The notes beneath the pieces were generated by a model, which saw only the letters and a list, made by a program, of their open reading frames with translations, was not told where the DNA came from and made no database searches. 64,000 nt of DNA from Hyphomicrobiales bacterium (lineage in GTDB: Bacteria > Pseudomonadota > Alphaproteobacteria > Rhizobiales > Beijerinckiaceae), in the NCBI GenBank assembly GCA_027483505.1, contig JAIXUP010000062.1, forward strand, positions 64,724 through 128,723, in the 5' to 3' direction. A program made the translations under genes and the position numbers. Shown one piece after another: positions 22,703 to 30,687 of the stretch (positions within the stretch are counted from its first letter, which is position 1; each line of letters opens with the position of its first letter).

Positions 22703-22940
22703 CGCGCTGTCCCTTCTGATTGATGCTGCCCGCAAGCGAAATGTGAGCCTACTCTAGGCAGTCGGCGCCTATGGCTCAATCCCGGGCTTCGAGAGCACGT
22801 GGCATCAAATCTGCCGATGCACGCATGAGGAGAGGCTCACAAGAACAGTCGTGTCGTTCCGGCTCTGGGACTGGCGAAAATCACCGAACTGAAACGATGC
22901 GGTCAGCCTGGCAGACCTTTACGTCGGTAGCGTCGATCCA

Positions 22941-24428
22941 TCAACCCGCCAGGCCAGAGCCGATCGGACCCGAAGACGTGTTGAACAGCATCATGCCGTC
23001 CGGCGCCGTGCGGCGATCGGGCCAGCCGGGGCTTCGGCCATGGCAGAAGTCGACCCAGGCCGACTGCACAGCCTCTGTGACAGTGCGCATCTCGGCCGGG
23101 TCCGCGCCAGCCATCATCGGGGCGACGGGCCAACAGTCAATATTGCCGAAGACGAAGGGGATTTCGATGCAGTGACACGCTCCATAGCGGGCGTCCGGCG
23201 CTGGCTTCCAATCGAAACGGTAGACCCAAGCCTCGCCGCCGAGCGCTGCGCGCCTGTCTGCAACTGTTTTCGCCGCCGAGCCGAAGACGTGCTCGGTCAG
23301 TTCCTCGCTGAGTGCGAGCCAAGGCGCCAGGCCGCCGGCGATCCGCGCCTCGATCCGCGCAAGGCTGGCATCCGGCAGGCCGATCGCCGGCGGCAGCACC
23401 TTCAGTTCGGCGAGCCCGGTGGCAGCCATCATGCGCGCGTCCTGCGCATGCCAGGCGTGCATCTCGTCGAGCGTCCAGCCTAGCATCAGAGGAATGTGGG
23501 GCGAGGCGCCTTCAGCGGCAGCGGTCGACGGCGTCCGTGGGAGTTCGGGCAGGCCGGATATGAGCTGCCAGGGCAGCAGCCGGCCTGGACGCTGGGCGAA
23601 GGCCATGACGACCGCACCCTGCGCAGCAAGGATGGACTTTACATCCAGGGCCCGCAACGCCTGGACGTCGCCATCGCGCAGGCCGGCCTTCTCGAAAAAG
23701 TGGCTGGCGATCTCGCGGGCCTGGGACAGGTCAAGGCTCGCGCCCGGCGCGCTCTGGACGATCCCGCGCTGGAGGAGACCACTCGCCAACGGGCTCGAGA
23801 GCAGGCCGAAGAGCGCCCCGCCACCGGCTGACTGGCCCGCCACCGTCACCCGGTCAGGATCTCCACCGAACGCTTCGATATTGTCCCTTATCCAGCGCAG
23901 CGCGGCGATCTGGTCCAGCAGGCCGCGATTGGCCGGCGCGCCTCCCTCCGCCTCGATGCCGGGCAGGTAGAGATATCCCAGCGCGCCGAGCCGGTAGGTG
24001 ACAGTGACCACCACCATGTCCCCGCGCTCGGCCAGATGGCTGCCGGCGTAGAAGGGCTGGCTTCCGCCCCCGCTCATGTAGGCCCCGCCATGCAGCCAGA
24101 CCATCACGGGCCTGCGCGCGCCATCGGCGGCGGGCGTCCAGATGTCGAGATGGAGGCTATCCTCCGACTGCTCGAAGGAAGCGATCCCCATCACCGCGTC
24201 GAGCCGCGAGGCGTTCTGCGGGGGGCTCGGGCCAATCCGCGCGCAGTCGCGCACGCCCTCCCAGGCCGAAACAGGCTGGGGCGGCGCGAAGCGTAAGGGC
24301 CCGACAGGTGGCGCGGCGTAGGGCACCGCGTGGAAGGCGGTCACGGCACCCCTGCTCACCCCGCGCGCAAGCCCGGCTCGGGTCCGCACCACTGGCATCT
24401 CCATCGTTGGCTTGTCTGTCCCCGGCAT
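22941..24428 (-). CDS. Type-B carboxylesterase (para-nitrobenzyl esterase-like)
   Basis: VPYAAPPVGPLRFAPP, SEDSLHLDIWTP, WLHGGAY, GQSAGG nucleophile, GACHCIEI. Confidence 0.92.
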   Translation of the reverse strand: MPGTDKPTMEMPVVRTRAGLARGVSRGAVTAFHAVPYAAPPVGPLRFAPPQPVSAWEGVRDCARIGPSPPQNASRLDAVMGIASFEQSEDSLHLDIWTPAADGARRPVMVWLHGGAYMSGGGSQPFYAGSHLAERGDMVVVTVTYRLGALGYLYLPGIEAEGGAPANRGLLDQIAALRWIRDNIEAFGGDPDRVTVAGQSAGGGALFGLLSSPLASGLLQRGIVQSAPGASLDLSQAREIASHFFEKAGLRDGDVQALRALDVKSILAAQGAVVMAFAQRPGRLLPWQLISGLPELPRTPSTAAAEGASPHIPLMLGWTLDEMHAWHAQDARMMAATGLAELKVLPPAIGLPDASLARIEARIAGGLAPWLALSEELTEHVFGSAAKTVADRRAALGGEAWVYRFDWKPAPDARYGACHCIEIPFVFGNIDCWPVAPMMAGADPAEMRTVTEAVQSAWVDFCHGRSPGWPDRRTAPDGMMLFNTSSGPIGSGLAG

Positions 24429-24616
24429 CGTCAGTCCCTTGCGCCTCGATCACGACAGGACAGGGCAGACTCCGGGCAGTGTCAATCGCCAAATACAGCT
24501 TGACCGCGCGCGGCAAGCAGGCTGTTTTAGCTTCAGTGTCCGGTCGCTGGCCCGGGCGGGCATTTTTTCGTGCAAGGAGCGTCCATGCCCCGCGCCGCCG
24601 AAAGGCTGCTGAGCCG

Positions 24617-25396
24617 ATGACGGACGCTATCCGCTTCGAGGGCGTTTCGCTGAAATTCGGAAGCGAGACGATCTACGACCGCCTCGACTTTCATGTTGGC
24701 CAAGGGGAATTCGTCTGCTTGCTCGGACCTTCGGGCTGCGGAAAGTCGACGGCGCTCAGAATCATTGGCGACCTGCTGCCTGCAGATGGCGGGACAGCGC
24801 TGGTCAACGGTCGCCCGCCGGGGGAATGCTGGAGCGACATTGCGTTCGTCTTCCAGTCGCCGCGGCTCGCACCTTGGCGAACTGCGATAGACAATGTCCT
24901 GCTCGGTGCAGAATTGCGCTTCGGCGCGCGCGAGGCTGAGGCGCGACGCCCCAAGGCAGAGGCGCTGCTCGCGCTGGTCGGGCTTGCGGATTCGGGCAGC
25001 AAGTATCCACCGATGCTCTCGGGGGGCGAACGCCAGCGGGTCGCGATCGCCAGAGCGTTGTGCGTGGATCCGTCGATCATCCTGATGGACGAGCCTTTCT
25101 CCGCGCTCGACCCCAACAGCCGCCGCCGGCTGCGCGCCGAAATCGTCAGCATCTGGCAGGAGACACGGCGCACCGTCCTGTTCGTCACCCACGACATCGA
25201 AGAGGCCCTGACCCTGGCCGACCGCATCGTGCTGCTGTCCAACAAGCCGACGCGGGTGCTGGAAACCGTCGTGATCACCGCCCCCCGCCCCCGTGACGTC
25301 GCGCGCGACCCCGACATTGCGCGGCTGCGCGACACGTTGAGCGCGCTTTTCCGCACGCTGGAGCCGAATTCCGAGACCGAAGAGGAGATTGCATGA
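24617..25396 (+). CDS. NitT/TauT-family ABC transporter ATP-binding protein
   Basis: GPSGCGKST, LSGGERQR, ILMDEPFSALD, FVTHDIEEA. Confidence 0.9.
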   Translation: MTDAIRFEGVSLKFGSETIYDRLDFHVGQGEFVCLLGPSGCGKSTALRIIGDLLPADGGTALVNGRPPGECWSDIAFVFQSPRLAPWRTAIDNVLLGAELRFGAREAEARRPKAEALLALVGLADSGSKYPPMLSGGERQRVAIARALCVDPSIILMDEPFSALDPNSRRRLRAEIVSIWQETRRTVLFVTHDIEEALTLADRIVLLSNKPTRVLETVVITAPRPRDVARDPDIARLRDTLSALFRTLEPNSETEEEIA

Positions 25397-26400
25397 TGGA
25401 ACGAAGGACTTTCCTGCGGGTGGCAGCGGCCGCACCGGCCGCGCTATCCGCCACGCTGTCAGCCCCTTGGGTCGCCCGCGCTCAGGGCCGGCAGAAGATC
25501 ACCTACGCCTATCTCCTGGACCCGGTCTACGACGCCGCGCTCTGGGCGATCCGCAAGGGCATCGTCAAATCCGACATCGTCGACATCGAGGCCACGGGCG
25601 CGAACATCCCCACACTGATTCAGGCGACCGCGACCAAGCAGTTCGACGTCGTGATGACGGCCGTGATCGGCGTGCCGGCTGCAGCCGCGCGCGGGCTCGA
25701 GTTGAGGATCCTGTCCGCGGCGCTCTACGCCTCGGCGGTGGGCGAAGGTGGCGGCGTCTGGGTCAGGCGCGATAGCCCTCTGCGCGATCCGGCGCAGCTC
25801 AAGGGCCGTATGCTCGCCTCCTACGGCCTGCGCTCGACGGGCTATCTCTTCATCCGCGAGGCGCTGGCGCAGCGCTTCGGACTCAACATGGCGCTGGAGG
25901 GCGGAGACGTGCGCCAGGTCGAGGTGGTCGCGCCAAATCTGCCGGCCGCTCTCGCGACCAGCCAGACGGATGCGGCTACGCTGATCCACTCCCAAGCCTT
26001 CCGCGCCCGGCAGGCGGGCGATTTCGTCAATATCTGCGAAACGGGCGTGATCCTGAACGAGATCCATGGCCGGCTGGTGTCGGCGGTCAATGTCGCCTAT
26101 CCCGAGAGGCTCTCGGCGCGTCCAGACCATTACCGTGAGTTCAACCGCATGATCCGCGAGTCGGTGCGCTACGCGCTGGCCAACCGCGACGAGGTTTTCC
26201 CTGACGTGGCCCGGCAGGCCAACATCGCGCGAGAATTCTTCGATTGGTGGTTCGACCGCACGACGGAGGTTCCTGGCATGTTCGGAGAGGAGCATGCGCG
26301 GGCCGTCACAAAGGCCTGGGAGATCGGTCAGCGCTTCGCCATGATCCAGCGTGTTCCCGACGTAGGCCAGTTGACCTGGGAGCACACGCTCCGGTCCTGA
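25393..26400 (+). CDS. NitT/TauT/SsuA-type ABC substrate-binding protein, Tat signal
   Basis: RRTFLRVAAAA twin-arginine signal; located between ATPase and two permeases. Confidence 0.8.
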   Translation: MMERRTFLRVAAAAPAALSATLSAPWVARAQGRQKITYAYLLDPVYDAALWAIRKGIVKSDIVDIEATGANIPTLIQATATKQFDVVMTAVIGVPAAAARGLELRILSAALYASAVGEGGGVWVRRDSPLRDPAQLKGRMLASYGLRSTGYLFIREALAQRFGLNMALEGGDVRQVEVVAPNLPAALATSQTDAATLIHSQAFRARQAGDFVNICETGVILNEIHGRLVSAVNVAYPERLSARPDHYREFNRMIRESVRYALANRDEVFPDVARQANIAREFFDWWFDRTTEVPGMFGEEHARAVTKAWEIGQRFAMIQRVPDVGQLTWEHTLRS

Positions 26401-26402
26401 CG

Positions 26403-27179
26403 ATGGCAGGCGAGGCGGGAACAGGCGTCAAGGCTGGCGTCGCGGCGGGGTGCGCAGCGATGATAGCGATCGGCTGGGTTTACGCCTCGGCGCGCGCACC
26501 GTCCTATCTTCTGCCACCGCCTGCTGTCGTCTGGGAGGCGGCAGTCAACTTCTTCACCAGCTCACGCCAGCTCGGGCACCTCGGCGCGACGCTGTTCCAC
26601 ATCGGCTCCTCGATTTCTGTCGCTTTTGGCGTCGGGGCGGCGCTCGCGCTGCTGGCCCATTACGCCGCCTGGTCCGCGCCAGCCATCCGTGACCGGCTGA
26701 CGCCGTTCCTGAACGCCTTCTCGGGTATCGCCTGGACGCTGCTCAGCGTGATCTGGTTCGGCGTCTCCTCGACGACCGTGATCTTCACCATCACTGTCGT
26801 ACTCCTGCCTTTCGCCCTGGTGAACCTGCGCGAGGGGCTCGACGCGCTCGACCGCGAGACCGATGAGATGGGCCGCAGCTTTACGCGCAGCCGGCTGCGC
26901 GTCTTCCGGCTCCTCATTCTGCCGGCACTCATGCCCTTTGCGGCCGCGACGCTGAGGATCATGTTCGGCGTCGCCTGGAAGGTAGCCTTGACGGCCGAGC
27001 TTTTCGGGGGCGACAGGGGGCTGGGTTTCCTCGTGAACCTGGCGCGCCAGGAATTCGCAACCGAGACGATCTTTGTTGTGATCATCTTCATCATCGTCTC
27101 GGTCTACTTGGCCGACCGGCTGGTCTTCATGCGCTTCGAGCGCGCGGCCGCCCGCCGCTACGGTGGGAGAACGGCATGA
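26403..27179 (+). CDS. NitT/TauT-family ABC permease
   Basis: LLPPPAVV, LREGLDALDRE..EMGRSF, WKVALTAELFG. Confidence 0.85.
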   Translation: MAGEAGTGVKAGVAAGCAAMIAIGWVYASARAPSYLLPPPAVVWEAAVNFFTSSRQLGHLGATLFHIGSSISVAFGVGAALALLAHYAAWSAPAIRDRLTPFLNAFSGIAWTLLSVIWFGVSSTTVIFTITVVLLPFALVNLREGLDALDRETDEMGRSFTRSRLRVFRLLILPALMPFAAATLRIMFGVAWKVALTAELFGGDRGLGFLVNLARQEFATETIFVVIIFIIVSVYLADRLVFMRFERAAARRYGGRTA

Positions 27180-27931
27180 GCCTCGCCGGACGCAGCCCCG
27201 GACGCTGGCTCGCCGACGCGCTTGTGCTGGCGGCGCTGCTTGCCTGGTATGTCGGGGCGCGGCATCTTCCCGAATTCGTCCTGCCGGGGCCCGTCGCAGT
27301 CTTCCAGAGGCTGGTCGTGCTCTTCGTTGACCCCGATTTTCTCCAGCATACGCTGGCCTCGACGCTCCGGGTCGTGGCCTCGGTGTTGGCGGCGCTGGTT
27401 ATTGGCGGCGGACTTGCCTTGCTGCACCGGGCGGTCCCTGCGCTCGACTGGGTCATCCGCGGCGGCATACAGCCGGTGCTGAGCTCGTTTCCTTCTATCG
27501 GCTGGGCCATCCTGGCCGCGATCTGGTTCCCGCCGGGCCATCTCTCGATCATCTTCGTGCAAGTGGCGATCCTTATACCCTTCTGCCTGATCAACATGGC
27601 CGAAGGGCTTCGGCAGATGGACCGCGAGATGCTCGAAATGGCGCGGAGCTACACCCGCCTGGGGCGGCGCGTTGTGCTGCGCGTAGCCTTGCCTCTGATC
27701 ATGCCCTACGTCATCGGTGCGCTGCGCATCTGCTACGGCATCGGCTGGAAGATCTCGCTGGTGGCCGAGTTGTTGGGCTCCTCCTCCGGTCTCGGCTTCC
27801 TCATGCTGCGAGCGCAGGGGGCCGCCGACATGACCACTGTCGTGGCAGCGAGCTTCGCCATCGTTCTTCTGTTCGTAGCCGGCGAAAAGCTGTTGATCGC
27901 GCCTTTGGCCCGCCGCTATGCGCAGCGCTGA
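27176..27931 (+). CDS. NitT/TauT-family ABC permease
   Basis: VLPGPVAV, EGLRQMDREMLEMARSY, WKISLVAELLG. Confidence 0.85.
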   Translation: MSLAGRSPGRWLADALVLAALLAWYVGARHLPEFVLPGPVAVFQRLVVLFVDPDFLQHTLASTLRVVASVLAALVIGGGLALLHRAVPALDWVIRGGIQPVLSSFPSIGWAILAAIWFPPGHLSIIFVQVAILIPFCLINMAEGLRQMDREMLEMARSYTRLGRRVVLRVALPLIMPYVIGALRICYGIGWKISLVAELLGSSSGLGFLMLRAQGAADMTTVVAASFAIVLLFVAGEKLLIAPLARRYAQR

Positions 27932-27986
27932 GGCGCAGACGCAGGTCGCCATGGTCAGCGGGCAGCGCATCTGGCATGCAATGCCC

Positions 27987-28180
27987 AATCCCTGTTTGTA
28001 CAGGCTAAATCCCCGCAGGGCGGATCACGTTCCCAGGTCAGCTGAATGAGATTTCCTGTTCCTCGACCCAGGGAAATCGACCTCGAGGATAGTGATCTTG
28101 CGCCGCCAATCAGACGAAAATTCTGAGTCAAGGCATCGAAATTCAAGGCAATTCCCTGTTCATTCCCTGGAAACAGGGAA
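27987..28180. repeat. Cluster of direct and inverted (T)TCCCTG(TT)/CAGGGAA motifs
   Basis: AATCCCTGTT 27987, ACAGG 28000, ATTTCCTGTT 28051, CAGGGAAAT 28069, AATTCCCTGTT 28150, ATTCCCTG 28162, AACAGGGAA 28172. Confidence 0.6.
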
Positions 28181-28217
28181 AGCAAGCCGCGAGATTGGTT
28201 CTCACGGACTGCCTCCC

Positions 28218-28376
28218 GCACCCGCCATTCTCACGCGAAGCGATGATTGTCCGGTTCCGGCTGAGAGGGCTGGCAATTTCCGGGGTTCTGGCAAGAGCCC
28301 TCCTTGCAGACAGAGCGGAACACAGAGAGCATCGGGCGCTTGCGGGGCCGCATTCGGGGCCTTTCGCGGTATCCAA
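28218..28376 (+). repeat. Right copy of ~160 bp diverged direct repeat
   Basis: Aligns to 20147-20306 at about 76% identity by hand count. Confidence 0.85.
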
Positions 28377-28640
28377 CATGCAGTCTCCGAGCGCGGCAGG
28401 CGCGCGAGGCCTGGTCGCCGTTCTGAGGACGGTCGTGGGTTCGAAGCGGCATGCATCGACGATCCGACTGGCTTTGTCGATGCACCCAGCCCGAGAACGC
28501 GGTCCGGCCGGGCGGCTGCAGCAGTGCACGAAAGAGCGGGTGCGGGGTGGGAGAGTTCATCATGCCATGGGCGATGATGAGTGTTCATCTGCCCGTCTTG
28601 AGGGTGCTTCCGCAGCAAGGCGGGATGACCGGATGTCCGG

Positions 28641-28814
28641 TCAGTTCAAACCCGGCAAGATGCCATTGAACATGCCATTGACCCTGGTGCCGATCACGCC
28701 GACAGAGGCGACGGCGCAAATCGAGATGATCGAGGCTATGAGCGCGTATTCGATCGAGGTGATGCCCCGTTCGTCGCGCACAAACCGTCTGATCAGGGAC
28801 CGCTCACCATTCAT
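28641..28814 (-). CDS. Flp/Fap (type IVc/Tad) pilin
   Basis: 57 aa; RFVRDERG|ITSIEYALIA prepilin cleavage and Flp motif followed by a hydrophobic helix. Confidence 0.88.
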   Translation of the reverse strand: MNGERSLIRRFVRDERGITSIEYALIASIISICAVASVGVIGTRVNGMFNGILPGLN

Positions 28815-28966
28815 GACGGGAAGGATGCCAGCAACGGCTTCGCGAAAAGTTAACAGCGCCCGGCTTTTTCGCCGAGCTGGCAGCATGCTTGCTGCAGCGT
28901 GAACGGCTTTTGCGCAATGCGCTTGATCCCCGCATGATGCCGGGATGAGCCTGTCTCGTGCCCGGC

Positions 28967-30340
28967 CTACAGTGCGTACTCTGTGAACGCCGGATCGATG
29001 GACCCCTGCCACGGACCGTGGAATGACGCGATCAGATCGTCCGCAACCGTCCGCCCGCTGGCGACGATCACATCAAGCGGATCAAGGAACCGGGTTTCGT
29101 CGCGGCCGGACGGATCGGTGAAACCACGCCGCGCGAGGCCGGACCGAGCGAGCCTGAGCACATCAGATGCGATTTCCCGAACCGTGCGCCCCTGGATGGC
29201 CGCCGCAAGCCCCTGGGCCGGCACAGCGTCGCGAAGGGCCTGACGCTCTGCGGCAGTCCAGCCCTTGACGAGTTGCCAGGCCTGGTCCAGCGCGGCTTGA
29301 TCATACAGAAGCCCGGTCCAGAAGGCCGGCAGGGCGACCAGATTGGCGGCAGGCCCCGCATCGGCGCCGCGCATTTCGAGATAGCGCTTCAGCCGCACCT
29401 CGGGAAACAGGGTCCCCATGTGGTTGGCCCAATCCGCAATCGTGGCCTGCTGGCCCGGCGCTCCGGCCAGCCTGCCGGCCATCAGGTCGCGGAACGAACC
29501 GCCGGACACATCATGATAGGTCGCGCCGCGCTTGACGAAATACATCGGCACGTCGAGCGCCCAGTCGACATAACGCTCATAGCCCATGCCATCCTCGAAG
29601 GCGAAGGCGAGCATGCCGGAGCGGTTATTGTCGGTGTCGCGCCAGATTTCAGACCGCATCGACCTTTGCCCGTTGAGCCGGCCCTCGGTAAACGGCGAAG
29701 CGGCGAACAGCGCCGTCGCGACAGGCTGGAGGGCGAGCGAAACGCGCAGCTTCTGCACCATATCCGCTTCGTTGGAGAAATCGAGATTCACCTGCACCGT
29801 GCAGGTGCGGAACATCATGTCCCGTCCGCGCGTGCCCACCTTGGGCATGTAGTTGCGCATGATCTGATAGCGCGACTTGGGCATGATCGGCGTCTGCTCA
29901 AGCGACCATTTCGGACTGTGGCCAAGGCTGAGGAAGCCGATTCCAAGTGGCTCGGCCAGTTGTCTGAGCTGCGCCAGATGCGTGTTCAGTTCATTGCTGG
30001 TCTGGTGCAGCGTTTCGACCGGCGCGCCCGACAGTTCGAACTGTCCGCCAGGCTCGAGCGAGATGGCGCCGCCGCCCGTGACGTCGGCCAGCCCGATGGG
30101 ATGGTCGCCTTCCATGATCGGCTCCCAGCCGAGAAGCCAGGACATCCCGTCGAGCAGACGCCGGATGCCGCCGCGCGGGCCGTCATAGGGCACCGGAGCG
30201 AGATCGGCGCGGTAGAAGGGGAACTTCTCGTGTTCTGTCCCAAGGCGGTAGCGCGCCCTCGGCTTCTCCCCTGCCGCGATCCACGCGACCAGATCGTCGC
30301 GGGAGCCGAGCGGAGTCGGATCGGATTGGTCACGGGCCAT
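28967..30340 (-). CDS. gshA: Glutamate--cysteine ligase (alphaproteobacterial/plant type)
   Basis: LGTEHEKF, ISLEPGGQFELSG, MPKSRY, MMFRTCTVQVNLD, YLEMRGAD. Confidence 0.93.
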   Translation of the reverse strand: MARDQSDPTPLGSRDDLVAWIAAGEKPRARYRLGTEHEKFPFYRADLAPVPYDGPRGGIRRLLDGMSWLLGWEPIMEGDHPIGLADVTGGGAISLEPGGQFELSGAPVETLHQTSNELNTHLAQLRQLAEPLGIGFLSLGHSPKWSLEQTPIMPKSRYQIMRNYMPKVGTRGRDMMFRTCTVQVNLDFSNEADMVQKLRVSLALQPVATALFAASPFTEGRLNGQRSMRSEIWRDTDNNRSGMLAFAFEDGMGYERYVDWALDVPMYFVKRGATYHDVSGGSFRDLMAGRLAGAPGQQATIADWANHMGTLFPEVRLKRYLEMRGADAGPAANLVALPAFWTGLLYDQAALDQAWQLVKGWTAAERQALRDAVPAQGLAAAIQGRTVREIASDVLRLARSGLARRGFTDPSGRDETRFLDPLDVIVASGRTVADDLIASFHGPWQGSIDPAFTEYAL

Positions 30341-30687
30341 GCGGTTCTCAGGTCAACAGATGGGATGGGCGGCAGGCGCGTTGATGGAGAGATCATCCCC
30401 AGAACCGCCTAGCCGCCCTTGTTGGATACCGAGATATGGCTGGATTGGCGACAATGCAACGACAATAGCCGAAGATGACCGATCCGATCTTGCATCTGCG
30501 CATAGATCCCTGCTGACGGCGCAAACGGACCCTTTGCATGGCCGGGCGTCCGGCGTCGCCGCTCTCGCCGTGCGGGCACGCCGATTGCGTCGCCGGGTCG
30601 ATCGCTCGGACCAGACCAGAGCTGATGCCGGCCTTTCGGCATCTGGCAACGGTGCAAACGCGGCACCGTCCTGTACGGCCGCCGTGT

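Larger units (their letters stand above)
20153..28376. mobile_element. Degraded tRNA-Thr-anchored genomic island, no integrase seen
   Basis: Starts at the tRNA 3' end, bounded by diverged ~160 bp direct repeats, contains pseudogenes and catabolic/transport cargo, compositionally mixed. Confidence 0.7.

Noticed and set aside
20147-28376. Considered whether the two boundary repeats are CRISPR, IS ends or an exact attL/attR pair
   Set aside because: Only two long diverged copies, no spacer array, no terminal inverted repeats or transposase, and no exact duplication of the tRNA 3' end
28878-28892. Sigma-54-like TGGCAGCATGCTTGC upstream of the pilin
   Set aside because: On the wrong strand for the pilin and points only at the gshA 3' end; likely part of a local palindrome
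28092-28902. Several 110-235 aa ORFs across the right boundary repeat
   Set aside because: No domain signal; the region is better explained as non-coding repeat sequence plus the Flp pilin gene
30341-30687. Possible small gene in the ybdK-gshA gap
   Set aside because: Candidate ORFs have no RBS or motif support; only a GATGCCG/CGGCATC hairpin (about 30624-30643) is evident
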